A stretch of 63,818 nt of DNA, counting the filler, from Collodictyon triciliatum (lineage: Eukaryota), in the NCBI GenBank assembly GCA_043381765.1. It is 9 parts of 9 records of this genome, joined end to end, with 100 filler letters (N's around TTAATTAATTAA, not from the genome) between each part and the next. Parts side by side here need not be neighbours in the genome. Positions count along the whole stretch, not along the records: positions 43,388 to 50,515 come from JBHJMP010004046.1; positions 50,616 to 57,738 come from JBHJMP010004047.1; positions 57,839 to 63,818 come from JBHJMP010004113.1; 6 more parts are not named here. One strand, given 5' to 3'. Positions 45,431 to 57,964 of the stretch are shown here, piece by piece (the stretch's first letter is position 1; each line of letters opens with the position of its first letter). The notes under the pieces are model-generated. The model had not been told where the DNA came from, searched no databases, and saw nothing but the letters and a program-made list of their open reading frames with translations. A program made the translations under genes and the position numbers.

Positions 45431-46070
45431 ATGGATAGGCACACACACGTGACAAAAGCTGGCAAAGTCTCCCAGCACTGCACACTTTGCAGCAACGGTG
45501 ATGAATCCATTGAGCACACATCTGTGCAATGTCCCGTCGCTCAAAACCTGCGCAAAACAGCTGGTGAGATTCTTCGACTGACACTCAAGACGGCTGCGGC
45601 TGTTGGCCCAATCCAGGCGATATTTGGGCTTCTGCAACAGCTGCGCCCAGATGCAAAAACATTCTGGGCAGTGACGCGAGGCCATTTGCTATGGACTATG
45701 TGTATAGCATGCATGTATTCACGTAAGGCAAGACTCAACAACCAGCCACCCATTCTTGATAATAGGCTGAATGACAGCAAACAAATCTCTTTCCTCAACA
45801 ACTTTCTTCGCCACCTGCACGTCCTCTACTACTCAGACCCTACGAGAAGAGACATGTGGAAAGAAGCTGATAAAGAGATTAAACCCCGCCTTGTATCTCT
45901 CATGTGAGCACAAGACTCAGGCTACAGGCCAAAGCGCAGGATGCAATTCCTGATTACCGACTACTTCTTCGCCACCCGGCCACCAAGTAGCGTTAGTGCA
46001 AAAGATGGATGGCACATTGGAGACAGGAACTTCATCTCCACACGCAAAGAAAAATAAACAAAATAAAAAT
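45431..46070 (+). mobile_element. 5'-truncated L1-like non-LTR retrotransposon: ORF2 C-terminal CCHC (zf-RVT) region, 3' UTR and A-rich tail
   Basis: Intronless ORF with HCTLCSNGDESIEHTSVQCPVA and downstream LLW..Y.R..R; stop 45907; 3' UTR homologous to two other loci; A-rich tail 46046-46070. Confidence 0.8.
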
Positions 46071-49000
46071 GGCAAAGAATGGCCCAGTAAGATGGGTTTA
46101 TTGGCGAAGTAAATTGGCTTTGACTTCGGCTTCGTGGGAAAAAATAAATATACGAATGCGATAAAAAATTTTGAACGGTGCACTTAAACAGAGCATTGCA
46201 TCAAACGGTGGAATGAGTTTACTCAGGAAATGGGTTTTAGTGGGTCAGCATAGTTCATATACATATATTTATCACGGGCTAAAGGCATTCAATCAAATAA
46301 CTATGCATAAAAATCAAATACAGCATTATATCCAAATTGAATATTCTTTTTTTTTAAAATAATATTATCGACTTTTACATGTTGCGTCTACTGGTTGCGC
46401 ATTCATTGTCTGATTTAAATTAGTCGCATCATTTGGACTTTGCCGGAAGCTAGGCCTCGGATTGAATCCAAGTCAGGCCTTCGGTAGTTACATCTATTAA
46501 GGATTGTATGAAAGTCGACCCACAATAGATATATATTTAGATGAGTCATGAATTTTGCTTCTATACTACAGCGACCTGCACATGAATCCAAAACGCGCTC
46601 GTGCTTTCAACCAAGGCGCAACAACTAGGGCGGGCTGTAGAATCATAACAAAACCCTTTCTTTAGACAAAATATATAAGGAAAAAAATCAATGAGCCACA
46701 TTGACCTTAGTGACAGTGTGATATCAGTAACTTACAAAAAAAAAGAGATTTCTAGCAGTGGTCTAATAAGTTATTATTTTTTACAGAATATCCAATAGTA
46801 TCATATATTTCTTTTGAAAAGTTAAAAAAAAGTAATATTATAGCATGAAACTTTGCTTTGTGTTGGGTTTTGTAAGCCAGTATAATGAGTCAATAAAGAT
46901 ACTCGAAAGGTGGTGTGCGTCACTTCACCCCGCATCAAATATCAGCCTTTTCAAAAAAAAAGATTCATTAAAAAAGAAACGTTATTCATCTATGGCGATG
47001 TGTTTGATCAATAAACTATTGAAAAAAAGAAAGAAAAGAAGGAAGAAGTAACAAGCTAGTAAACTAGACTTTGGATTCCAATAGCGAGATGCGCCTGCAG
47101 TGCTTTCAAGACCAACAACAATCAGCAGTGAAATGTATCAAAGTGCTTTGATTGACTGATTTTTTTTAGATCACGGACTGCATCCCTTTCCATCAGATAT
47201 CTGATTGGATAAGGTCGATGTGTGGGCCATTTGATGCGCACAATGTGCTTTTCTCTTCAGCTAATACAATGCGATGTTCTGGCGTTTTTGTTTTTTGCTA
47301 TGTGAAAATTAATGTTAATGTTAATGCGAGTATTCTTTCCATAGGTACGCATTTTATTATGTGCAGTTGCAATATTTCCCTCTGTTCAAAGGCCGTTACA
47401 AATAAAAAAAAAAGTATCAACCAAGAGTTGATAATGTGATGGAAGAGATGGATTGGGTTGCAGTATCAGAAAAAAATATATATCCCAGGCTATATTTACT
47501 CTGGAGACAATCATAACCCCACTTATTCAGTTAACCAAGACACTAACCCCATTTTTTCCCTTCGCTCCACCATTTTACCCTTGATTTTTTTCGTATTTTT
47601 ATTCGTGTGTGTTTGATGAAACAAAAAATCATAATAAGAAAATATTTACTCGTGTCTTTGTACTAATAAAATGTAAAATATTATCAATTCCATAACAAGA
47701 AAAATAGCTGACCAATATATAGCAGATCAACTCACAAACGCATTTCTACCGACTCTATCGACGAAAGCACACAGACAGCAAAGAACAAAAGCCAAAGACC
47801 AGCACAACAAAACTAATCTATTGAATCCCTTTTGCTTGGACACTTACTATTTTTAACTGAACACAAATAAAAAGCCACCGATCGACATAAGACCAAGCAA
47901 ACTGAATAATGCAACATGAAAATATACCTTTTTTTTTTTTACAAGAATCGAAGGTTTATACTTAAGTAAGTCTTTTACCTATATCAGAAAGTCAGAAGAC
48001 TTTATCGAGAATAGGGTAGTCTATCAACAGCTGACAAAATAAAAATAAAATAAAAGAAACAAGAACGGGCCAAAGATGAGTCCCTTCAGCAAAACTTCAT
48101 GTGATTGGCTCTAGTCTTGCCCAGCATAATCCCTGGGTTATGTTGCGCACCAACCGACCAAAACTCAAAACCCATGAAAACTTATCTACATACCCAAATG
48201 ACAATAAATTCAACTATTCTTCCTTCCTGCAAAGGTTTTAGGGCCCTCATTATTACAACAATTCACAAGCCAAGGAGAGCTGGTATCTTCCTGATTTCCG
48301 AGCCTTTCTGTCGCAAAGCATCGTTGGCCATGCTTCCACACTATATGAAATATCCTTGAATCTATTTTTATTTTTTATCGAAGCTTTAGCTGATTTGTCA
48401 TTTTGTTGTTACCAAGAATTTTAAGTGAATTATATTCCAATCTCATGCGGTTTGTGATGCATTCTAGGAGCTTCGCGGCGATTAAATCTCTGGTTGCTCT
48501 GCCCACAGTAAGTCACTTTGATGGAGATCCTTCAAACGTAGACTTTAAGAACATCTCTTAGATCTTGAATTTACTTTCAGGTTGGTTTTTGATCTGTTTG
48601 CTTTTCTCTTCTCTACTCGACCTTTTTCATGGGATTCGCCTATCGGTGGAGAAAAATAAATCCCTCGTTTATACATATTTTCTTTTATTCGATACAAGTG
48701 AATGAAGGAGTTTTAAAGAAAATTTACAGGACGCCGTAGTTGTTGCATCTTGGTTGAAAGCAGTGACACGTGTCGGTTAAGGGGTTCAGGCCAGCAGCGT
48801 ATGGAATCTGGATTTGTGGCTTATCAATATGCAATTGATAGAGTCGAGAATAGTTGCAACCTTTAAGAGTTGCGATTGCCAAGGACTCTGACTTCAATTT
48901 GATCGGAGGCCAAATTCTCCCTGGGGCGAAAGTGCACGCGACTACCCTGCTCTCCTTTCCGATCAGATTCCTTATATTCGTTCATTCTATTCGGCTCCAA

Positions 49001-49539
49001 ATTCAATACCCTTGACTTATATATGTCTAATATTTAACAGATAACATATAACAGCCGGCAAACCAGCACAACTTCTTCAGCATAGGAGTTAGCGGAACCG
49101 GCAAGAATATTGTAAATTATTTTTGCAGACTCTGAATAATATACCTTTATTTTTTATTGGCAACTACAGTATTACTAAAAATTTTGGAAACATAAATAAT
49201 GAATTATCCATTCTAATAGGCTGAAGACCGTCGTTCATTCAACTCGACTCCTTGAATCTCAAAATCATACTTTAATCAACCAGATTCAGTTTCATGACAC
49301 ATGTTTGGGATAATCTCTACAGGTATTTTTATGATTCCAAATAAACGGTAGATTCTGATACTTAACATCTCAGTTAATTTTTACCTTTACTTTTTATAAG
49401 GCGTAAATGATATTGAATGATGTATGAATTAAAAATAGCCAAGTTGGAAAAATCAATCATGAGTTAATTTCAACAATATTAAAGGGGGTTTCATTGATAC
49501 AAAAAAAATATCTATATGATTAATACAATATTTTCGACC

Positions 49540-49703
49540 TTTTTTTATTCTTCCATTCCATTTTGTGCAGGACGGTGGGGATGTTGGCTTTGGTTTGCTA
49601 GCCATCGTTTGCATGGACGCTACTTGGTTGCCGAGTGGCGGAGAAGTAGTCGGTAATCAGGAATTGCATCCTGCAGTTTGGCCTGTAGCCTGGGTCTTGT
49701 GCT
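49540..49703 (-). mobile_element. Short copy of the same retrotransposon 3' tail
   Basis: Reverse complement GCACAAGACCCAGGCTACAGGCC...CAGGATGCAATTCCTGATTACCGACTACTTCT...CCAAGTAGCGT aligns closely with 45908-45995. Confidence 0.85.
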
Positions 49704-50615
49704 TGGATAAGAAAAACCAGGACAAATTTTTCAACTCTTAAATTTTGATTATTTATCAGGATGAACTCAAAAAATCAATTTATCATAGCACTTCGCGAAC
49801 TTTCTGAAAGGGGTCATCTTTCATTCCATTTCATCGTACAAGGAACTCTGGAGCTCTCATTTTTTTTGGCGATAAACAAGTCACACAGTAAGTTGACCAA
49901 GCCAATTCATAGCATCGAAAGGAAATTTATTTATCTCAAGGTTTCAAGTACCATGAATCTAATTTTTATATAATAAATAAATAAACTCATGATGAAAACT
50001 TCGAGGGCATTACAAAGAATAGTGCAATCTTTGGGCCAGATTGACCAAGATTCTGACAGTAAAAAAGTATGATTCTTGTCTAATTTTCCCATCTAATCCT
50101 TTCATAAGTGAAAAGCACGAAAAAATTTAAATTTATACGACAGAAAATTTGTCACATGTTAGATATTCAACAGTAGAAAAACCAAATACGCACATTTTAA
50201 GTACATGTATGTATAAAGCCTAATTTTTAGCAGATTATCTATCAAACTTCATTCTTAATTTAGGTCTCGTTTTGATAAATGGTTCAATCTGACAACTTCA
50301 TGGAATAGCTGAAGAATCGCATTATTTCATTCAATATATCATATTAAGAATTAATTATTCATCTTCAATCGGAGATTGTTCAAACTAAAGTCATGGGCAA
50401 AACTCAGATACAGTTGCAAAATGAGAGGGACAAAAGACAAAATCCGTGGGAAAGGGAACTGTTTCGATCTACTACTTGGAGGAGGGGGGAGGGGTGGTGG
50501 ATCGGCGGCTCCTAGNNNNNNNNNNNNNNNNNNNNNNNNNNNNNNNNNNNNNNNNNNNNTTAATTAATTAANNNNNNNNNNNNNNNNNNNNNNNNNNNNN
50601 NNNNNNNNNNNNNNN

Positions 50616-50707
<92 letters not shown>

Positions 50708-51360
50708 TTTTTTTCTGTCCCTTGTTATTCGGCTTGGCAGAGCAACGACGCTGCAGCCCGCCGCGATGCTGCGCACACCACACACCCAACGAAATGTTTC
50801 GGCTGGCGATTTGTTGGTTCTTGAGCGTGCGGGTCTTGAATTGGATTACTACCAAAGCTGGATAATATAGTAAATTGCTTTTAATCAATCATAATGTGTA
50901 CTGATTGCGCTGAATATATGATATACCGTCATATTATAACATACATATATTATTATAAAGCAGAATTACACAAAATAAATATCCATTTCATGCCCTTGAT
51001 TCTTTGCTTTGCTGCACAAGCGCATATCTCCCTTTTTCTCAAGTGGAATAATCATGCAATAGGGCTCTTGTCTGCAATCTTACTAATTACACGAACACAA
51101 ATGCCACAGAACCCTGTTTTCTGTAATTACAGTTCCATATTGAGATTCTTCAGAAAGCCCAACTGACTTCATCTCATTTGTTCCCCTCCTAAAAAAAAAA
51201 AAAGGTAGGAGCCTTCATTCAAGTTGCCACTGAATCGTTCATATTGACTTTATTTAGTGAGCCGAATCTAAACATATAGAAATTTGCATAGTTAAAACGC
51301 GATTCGACCAGGCGCAACAAGGACATTTAGTCAACGACAGAAAATATAAAGCCCCTTTAG

Positions 51361-52055
51361 ATGGCACTTTGCGCCAGAGCTGCCGGAGCTTCGCCAAGAC
51401 ACCAACCCATTCGTTGGCATGATGGAAATATGGTGGAGATTGCATCAAAATTGCCCGATTAGTTGCATGTCACACTTTGAAGACCTCTTTCTCTATAACA
51501 TGGGAGTCATGGCCCTATCCAAGCAATGCGATACACTTTTCGATGGCACGACGTTCATGCGAAAAAAAAAAAACAAAAAAAAACAGCCCTTGGTGCTTTC
51601 ATGCAAGACTGCAATGGTATTTAAAATCAGGCCTAATTATATTCAATATATACATTGCATTTAATTATATAAACTGTTGCATAATCCCCTTTAGAAAGAA
51701 GGATGGTATCATTATTTGTTGGTGGTTGTAATCACCAGAAACGCGAGGGAATCCGTGATGGCTTTTCAGCACCGAAGTCGACTCGCCCCTTCTGATTATA
51801 TTAGAAGATACCATATATAGAACATAGACATCTAATGCTTATCTGGTAATTCCAGAGATGGCGATGTGATGCTCAGTGGCGGTGTGATTGGATCTGATCA
51901 TCACAAAAGCCAAACCACAAGCAAAGATAGAATCGATCGCCTAGGCAACACGCATATCAAACCTATTCTTTCCTTCCTCGATCCTACCGCCCGGCCAACT
52001 GGAAGGAAAAAATGCGGAAAGCCTTCCAGTTAAAAAGGAGTATTGGGGCATGTAA
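51361..52055 (+). CDS. Hypothetical spliced gene fragment
   Basis: Three acceptor-led open segments (WHFAPELPELRQDTNPFVGMMEIWWRLH..; RRMVSLFVGGCNH..; DGDVMLSGG..KKEYWGM*). Joins and start not resolved. Confidence 0.3.
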
Positions 52056-52525
52056 GTTACATTCAAGCTTTGGTTGATGGCACAACCCTGTGTTGAAAAG
52101 GAGACGAAACAGACACGTCAGTGCAAAAAAAAAAAAAAAAAAACAAAAGCAAAAGGAAAAGGAAAAGGATAGACGAATCACAATTAGACAAGTCTCTCCT
52201 GCAGTGGAGTTCGCGACAACACCCCTTTATATATTTGTCTGGCTCTTTTTTGCTCATAGCTTCGATATCTGTGAAGTTTTTCTGTATGAGCTGGAGCTGC
52301 GAATGTTCTTCTGACTCGATTATTTTATCTCCTTCGTTTCATTACCTGGCTCAGTTTTCTTCGAATAATATATTTGTGACGCTGCAATCGCTTTTCGATG
52401 ATTACTTTCGGTTTCATATCTAGAGACTTCTGTTTAGGTGTCCTTGAGTATTTACTTTGCATTTTCTTAATTATCATTAAAGAATTCATATCCTGGAAGT
52501 AAGCGGTAACAAATCTCTGAGGATA

Positions 52526-55500
52526 ATGAATTTTGAGGACAACCCAGTAAGTAATTTTGTTTTGTTTACATAATTGTCTCTGAAAATAAAATAATAAGTT
52601 TATGTATGAAGCTGCGCTTAAGACATTGAAAAGAGATTGTGGAGCCGTAGTTGTGATTCAATCGAACCAGTCTTCAGAATCGAACCCAACCAATTTACCA
52701 AATAATTTTATACATGTTCATCTGATGAAACAAACTAATGCTAGTATAATGAAATAAAATTAGGCCGATTCGCCGTTCTTCAGGTCCGACGTGGTTTCTA
52801 GTTCTTCGGATGTCCCGTCACTTGCACCAAATATTCCGGCTCATGATGAAAATCAACATGTCCTTTTTTCAAATCCGCAGAATACACCTAAAGACCTTTT
52901 TTCAACCCCACCAATTCCAGAAGCAACCCAAACAAACGAGCATGTTTCACATGCAGAGCCCAGCTTAAAAACGGTTCAAATCCTGTGTCAGGAAGGGAAA
53001 GAACAGAATGGAAATGAAAGGAACACAAAGACGAGTGAAATATCAAAAGAACTATTTTTGGTTTTAAATCCTGCACAGAATGAAACTACAGAGGAAAAGG
53101 ATATGAGTAAGTCACAAGTGGATACGCCTTCTAACGAGACCTACACAGATATTGTTTCTGATGGATATTTAAGAATGCAAGAATCAAACACAGTCCCTTT
53201 TAATGATCCAGTGACGCATGAAACCATTGAGCTGGATGAAACCTCAAACAATCATTCATTTTCAGGTCATTTGGCGTTTACGAATCAAGAGAGAATCCAA
53301 GATGAGGTTCAGACTACATCCACTTTTGATACAAGTGCAGATTTGGTTGATTCAAGAACTGCTGTAGAGGTGCCGCATCCATACGAGTCATATATCACTC
53401 ACGAATCTAAATCAGGTTCATCTCATATGAGACTGTTTAGGATATTTAATCTAATTTTATTTTATTGAACATGCTTCATCTTCAGTGATTTTTTATATAT
53501 ATAAATAATATAATATACTTTATCTTAAATATATGACTTATTTTAGATTTGGGTGTTGCTGCTCATGAGGTACCCTCTGCTTCTGTTCCCGAGGTTCCAG
53601 TAAATATATTTGTGGATGAATCATGTTTGTCCGACCAAGAGTTTGTTATTATACCGACGTCAGGTGTGCAATCTAGTCTGACGTCACCCGTCGAATTGCA
53701 GTCTCCAGAATTCTCCTCTGAGTCCCTGAGTAAACCAACTGGTCAAGGGACACCTATATTTAGTCCTATTGTGCAACCATCAACAGCGAATGTCCAAGAT
53801 ATATTACCTACTATTCCAGCAGGCCTGTTTGGAGATTCCTCTGATTTTGAAGCACCCTTATTGACAACGCCTTTTACACAGGAGGTATTGTCACATTTAC
53901 CACTCAACCTCTTCAGCTCTGTGGAGAATGAAGCGGCAACAAGCAGCCTTTTCTCCAACGAGCTATCACCGTTGAATATTGGAGCCCTTTCTCCCACAAA
54001 AAGTGAAAAATCAATAACCACCCCACGAGTCGTTGTCCCTGTTATTTCATCGAACTTTATACCATTCGGCGAAACCTCTGATGATTCATTCAATTTCATC
54101 AAACCAAGTATCGATATTTCTTCGACTCAAAGCTTTGTTCATGTTTCCCCATCAAAAGCCGTTATCTCAGAATTCGTCCCGTCATTTTCTAGCGAACCGT
54201 TTGTAGAGGCCGAAGATATGAAATTTTTCAGTTCATCACTGGTATCTAATGAAGTGGCGAACATCGTGATTACTCCAAAAGCCATTCAGCCGGTAATAGC
54301 AAGTGCCATTGAGTTTGGAGATGTCGAAGATGATGACTTTTTTATTTCAACACCCCAAGTGACAAATCTTTCTTCGTCTGCGTTGAATGCAGATAGTAAG
54401 ATAATTGCTCCATTCTCTCCAGCACCAGTTATCCAAGTGACCGAAGCCATCCCATTCTTTGAATCTACAGATGATTCGTATGAGTTCCCTTCCTTTGACG
54501 ATCCGATGCCGACTGCAAATTATTCTGTGAATAAAGCAAAGTCAGTCGATGTCACTGCCAATGCAGAGGGTTGCACTCGTGGCACTCTGGTCTCAAATAC
54601 TTCAGACCACTTCACAGCCATATCATATGCAAACCGAAGCAAAGAAAATCACACACTCCCGTTCTACCAGTCCTTGCCCCCTTCTGATGAGCATGCATCT
54701 CTCTTTCATGGTCAAACAACACGATACATTAGTACAGATAATACAATCCATCGAGATCTGGCAACAGAAATAACTGAAGAAACAAATAGCTACAGGGGCG
54801 CTCCAGCAAATATTCCGACTGGGATTCAAACGACTGAAGTTACTGCATTTACATTTGCAGGGGAAGCTGAAGACGAATTTTTCTCGAAGCTTTCAGAGTC
54901 TACAACCGATTTTGGACAAGCTGAAGCTAATATTTACACACAGCCGCTATCAACCACCGTAGCAAGTGAGCATCCCATACCACCCCCAATTACATATTAT
55001 GCTCCACCACCAACAAGTCCAGTAAAGACTGAAAAGGCAGTCCCACCTGCATACTTCCAACCACCTCCCTTAGCAAGCGTGCAAGAAACAAAATACCACT
55101 ACAACGCTCCAACAAATATTCCGATTGAGAGTCAGACGACTGAAGTTACTGCATTTACATTTGCAGGGGAAGCTGAAGACGAATTTTTCTCGAAGCTTTC
55201 AGATTCTACAACCGATTTTGGACAAGCTGAAGCTAATATTTACACACAGCCTCTGTCAACCACTGTAGCAAGTGAGCATCCCATACCACCCCCGATTACA
55301 TATTATGCTCCACCAAGAAGTCCAGTAAAGACTGAAAAGGCAGTCCCACCTGCATACTTCCAACCACCTCCCTTAGCAAGCGTGCAAGAAACAAAATACC
55401 ACTACAATGCTCCAACAAATATTCCGACTGGGATTCAAACAACCGGAGACACTGCATTTACTTTCACAGGAGAAACTGAAGACGAATTTTTCTCGAAAAT

Positions 55501-57620
55501 TGCAACCCCAGGCATGGTCCAAACACCACACAGACACCAAGAAGAAGATTTCCAGGAGCGCAGTGTGTCTTTCGAAGAAATTACGCATCATCCGGATTTC
55601 ACTGTAGGCACAAATCAGGGTGGCAACAACCAGTTCAGTCACACTTCAGACAAATCATACAACATCGCTGGATACGGAACTTCTGGCTTCGAAGAGGCGA
55701 CGTTCAATACCTCATCTCACAGCACCTTTGGAATGGTCGCTACAGACATCCCTGCTTCAGTAAAGGACTTTTACAGAACTGCAGATTTAAGGGACGCGAC
55801 TTATAGCAATACATATTCCTCTGATTTTGCAGTGCTGCCAGAAGCTAGTGATACTAATTTTGCGACATTTAGTATTCCTCCAGCATTTAATGATTTTGAG
55901 GGACAAGGTCAAAATGGATTCTCAGAATTTTCTCAATATAACACATATTCTGAGACACAGCCGACAGGTTTTGCGGCGGGCTATGCTCCTATGTATCAGC
56001 AACCGAATGAACGTTCGTATAGCATTTTCCAACCTGGGCATACTTCGACTTATCTACAAGAAGTTAATCATTATGTCGGTCAAACTATGGACTATACAAA
56101 CATTCGAAATGATTGGAAGGAGCCACATGCAGCTTGTAATCAATGATTTTAGCTTTTCCTTTGCTCATATTTTTGATTTCACGTTATTGAAATTTTGCGC
56201 TCCTAATTTGTCTTTTATATGTAAACCATGAGGAATTGCGTATCACCAGAGTAATTAAAATATTTGCAGTTTGCTTCGGATTCGGTGGCAGATTGCTGAC
56301 TATATTCCCTTCTCATATTATCAACCCTTTAAATGGAGAGGTTTCCATTTGCATATTGATGTTCTCCTTAAAACATGCAAATACATTATATTTCATTTAA
56401 GCTTTCATCTGAAGCACCTCCTGTCGTTTTGTTTAGTTTACTTTAGTTTTTTATATCAATTTTCCTTTGAAAAAGAAGAGGCACTTTTTCCTTTAATATT
56501 TTTTAGATTTTTTTTTTATTGTCGCCCACTCATCATTTCATGTTTTTATCATTACTAGGTCCACCGACAGCCCAGTTTAGCGACTATGAGCTCGGTAGAA
56601 TTTATAACAAGAATGACATATGCTTTTGTAAAATTTAGCCTCCTTCGTGCTAAAGATAAATTTTCGTGGTTGGTGCTTGGGTATGATTTGCTTAGATTCG
56701 CACGCTTCTCACCAACGACCCTGAGTCCAAGGAGCTGAGTCGGTATCCTGGGCCTTTATGTGTGCGTAGCACATTGAGAGAAAAAAACTGACATATTCTT
56801 TCTTTTTCTTTTATATGTATATCATCGAATCGTAATGAAGGCAATCTCTTGATATTTTTTTCTGGGATTTACCTGATTTATATATGTTATTAGAAAGAGA
56901 GCAAAGAGAACATTGAAAGACTGGTTAAGTCAAACATCGAGGAGATTGATAAGAGTGAAGATTATCTCGCCGCTGGTAGCGATTCTCTTTCTAATCATTT
57001 GCTTTTCTTGATTACTCATTCATCGTGTATTCTCAAAGAGTAAAGTAATATACCCACAAGAAACCCCTTCTCATATTTTCCCCCTCTGTTTGTTTAGATT
57101 CACAGAGACTATTGTGGGAAATAATGCACACTTTTTATTTGTCTGGAAGTAAGTTGGTCGCTAACTTGATTAGACTTATGATTTTTATTTGGAATTTATT
57201 TGTTTATTGACATAGAAAAAAAGAATATTGTTATTTTATAAATAATATCACCATAGAACATATTTAAAATATAATAATAATAATTGTAATAAATGTAGGT
57301 TCAAAGCTTCTTGATGTGAAACCTCCAGCTCAAGTTTATGGAAAATTACAGGTCCTTTCCAGAAAAAAAAGAAGCAACACTTCAGTTTTATCATATCGAC
57401 TTAATGTACTGCAAAATTGGCGATGGCACTTCGCTAAAATAGAACATGGTTTTTAATTAGGCATTGCTACAAGAAAGCATTTCCAGCGAAACGTTGGTCA
57501 ATTCAACCCCACATATCTTCGCCACAGGATACATGGAAGCGAATTTACCTAAGCAAGAGATGGAGAGACATGTGCTTCGGATTCAGGAATTGTTGTCGGC
57601 TGGCAAGAAGAACGAGGCAT
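52526..57620 (+). CDS. SEC16: COPII scaffold Sec16, long disordered N-terminus, 3'-truncated
   Basis: Low-complexity S/T/P/E region, then spliced EPHAAFCFGFGGRLLTIFP, YPGPL, RLLWEIM and RIQELLSAGKKNE, which are Sec16 mid/central domain hallmarks. Confidence 0.85.
54800..55500 (+). repeat. Coding tandem duplication, about 2.3 copies of a 303-306 nt unit in Sec16
   Basis: Units start at 54800, 55106 and 55409 (APxNIP..AFTFAGEAEDEFFSKL..QETKYHYN). Confidence 0.95.
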
Positions 57621-57964
57621 GTCTCTTTCTCTTTCTCTTTCTCTTTCTCTTTCTCTTTCTCTTTCTCTTTCTCTTTCTCTTTCTCTTTCTCTTTCTCTTT
57701 CTCTTTCTCTTTCTCTTTCTCTTTCTCTTTCTCTTTTTNNNNNNNNNNNNNNNNNNNNNNNNNNNNNNNNNNNNNNNNNNNNTTAATTAATTAANNNNNN
57801 NNNNNNNNNNNNNNNNNNNNNNNNNNNNNNNNNNNNNNTTATGTTTATGTTTATGTTTATGTTTATGTTTATGTTTATGTTTATGTTTATGTTTATGTTT
57901 ATGTTTATGTTTATGTTTATGTTTATGTTTATGTTTATTCTTTAATTAAGTTATCATTTAATAG

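Noticed and set aside
45949-46005. Hammerhead ribozyme in the LINE tail (CTGATTA ... GCAAA)
   Set aside because: The core deviates from CUGANGA/GAAA in all three copies, and the stems do not form the three-way junction.
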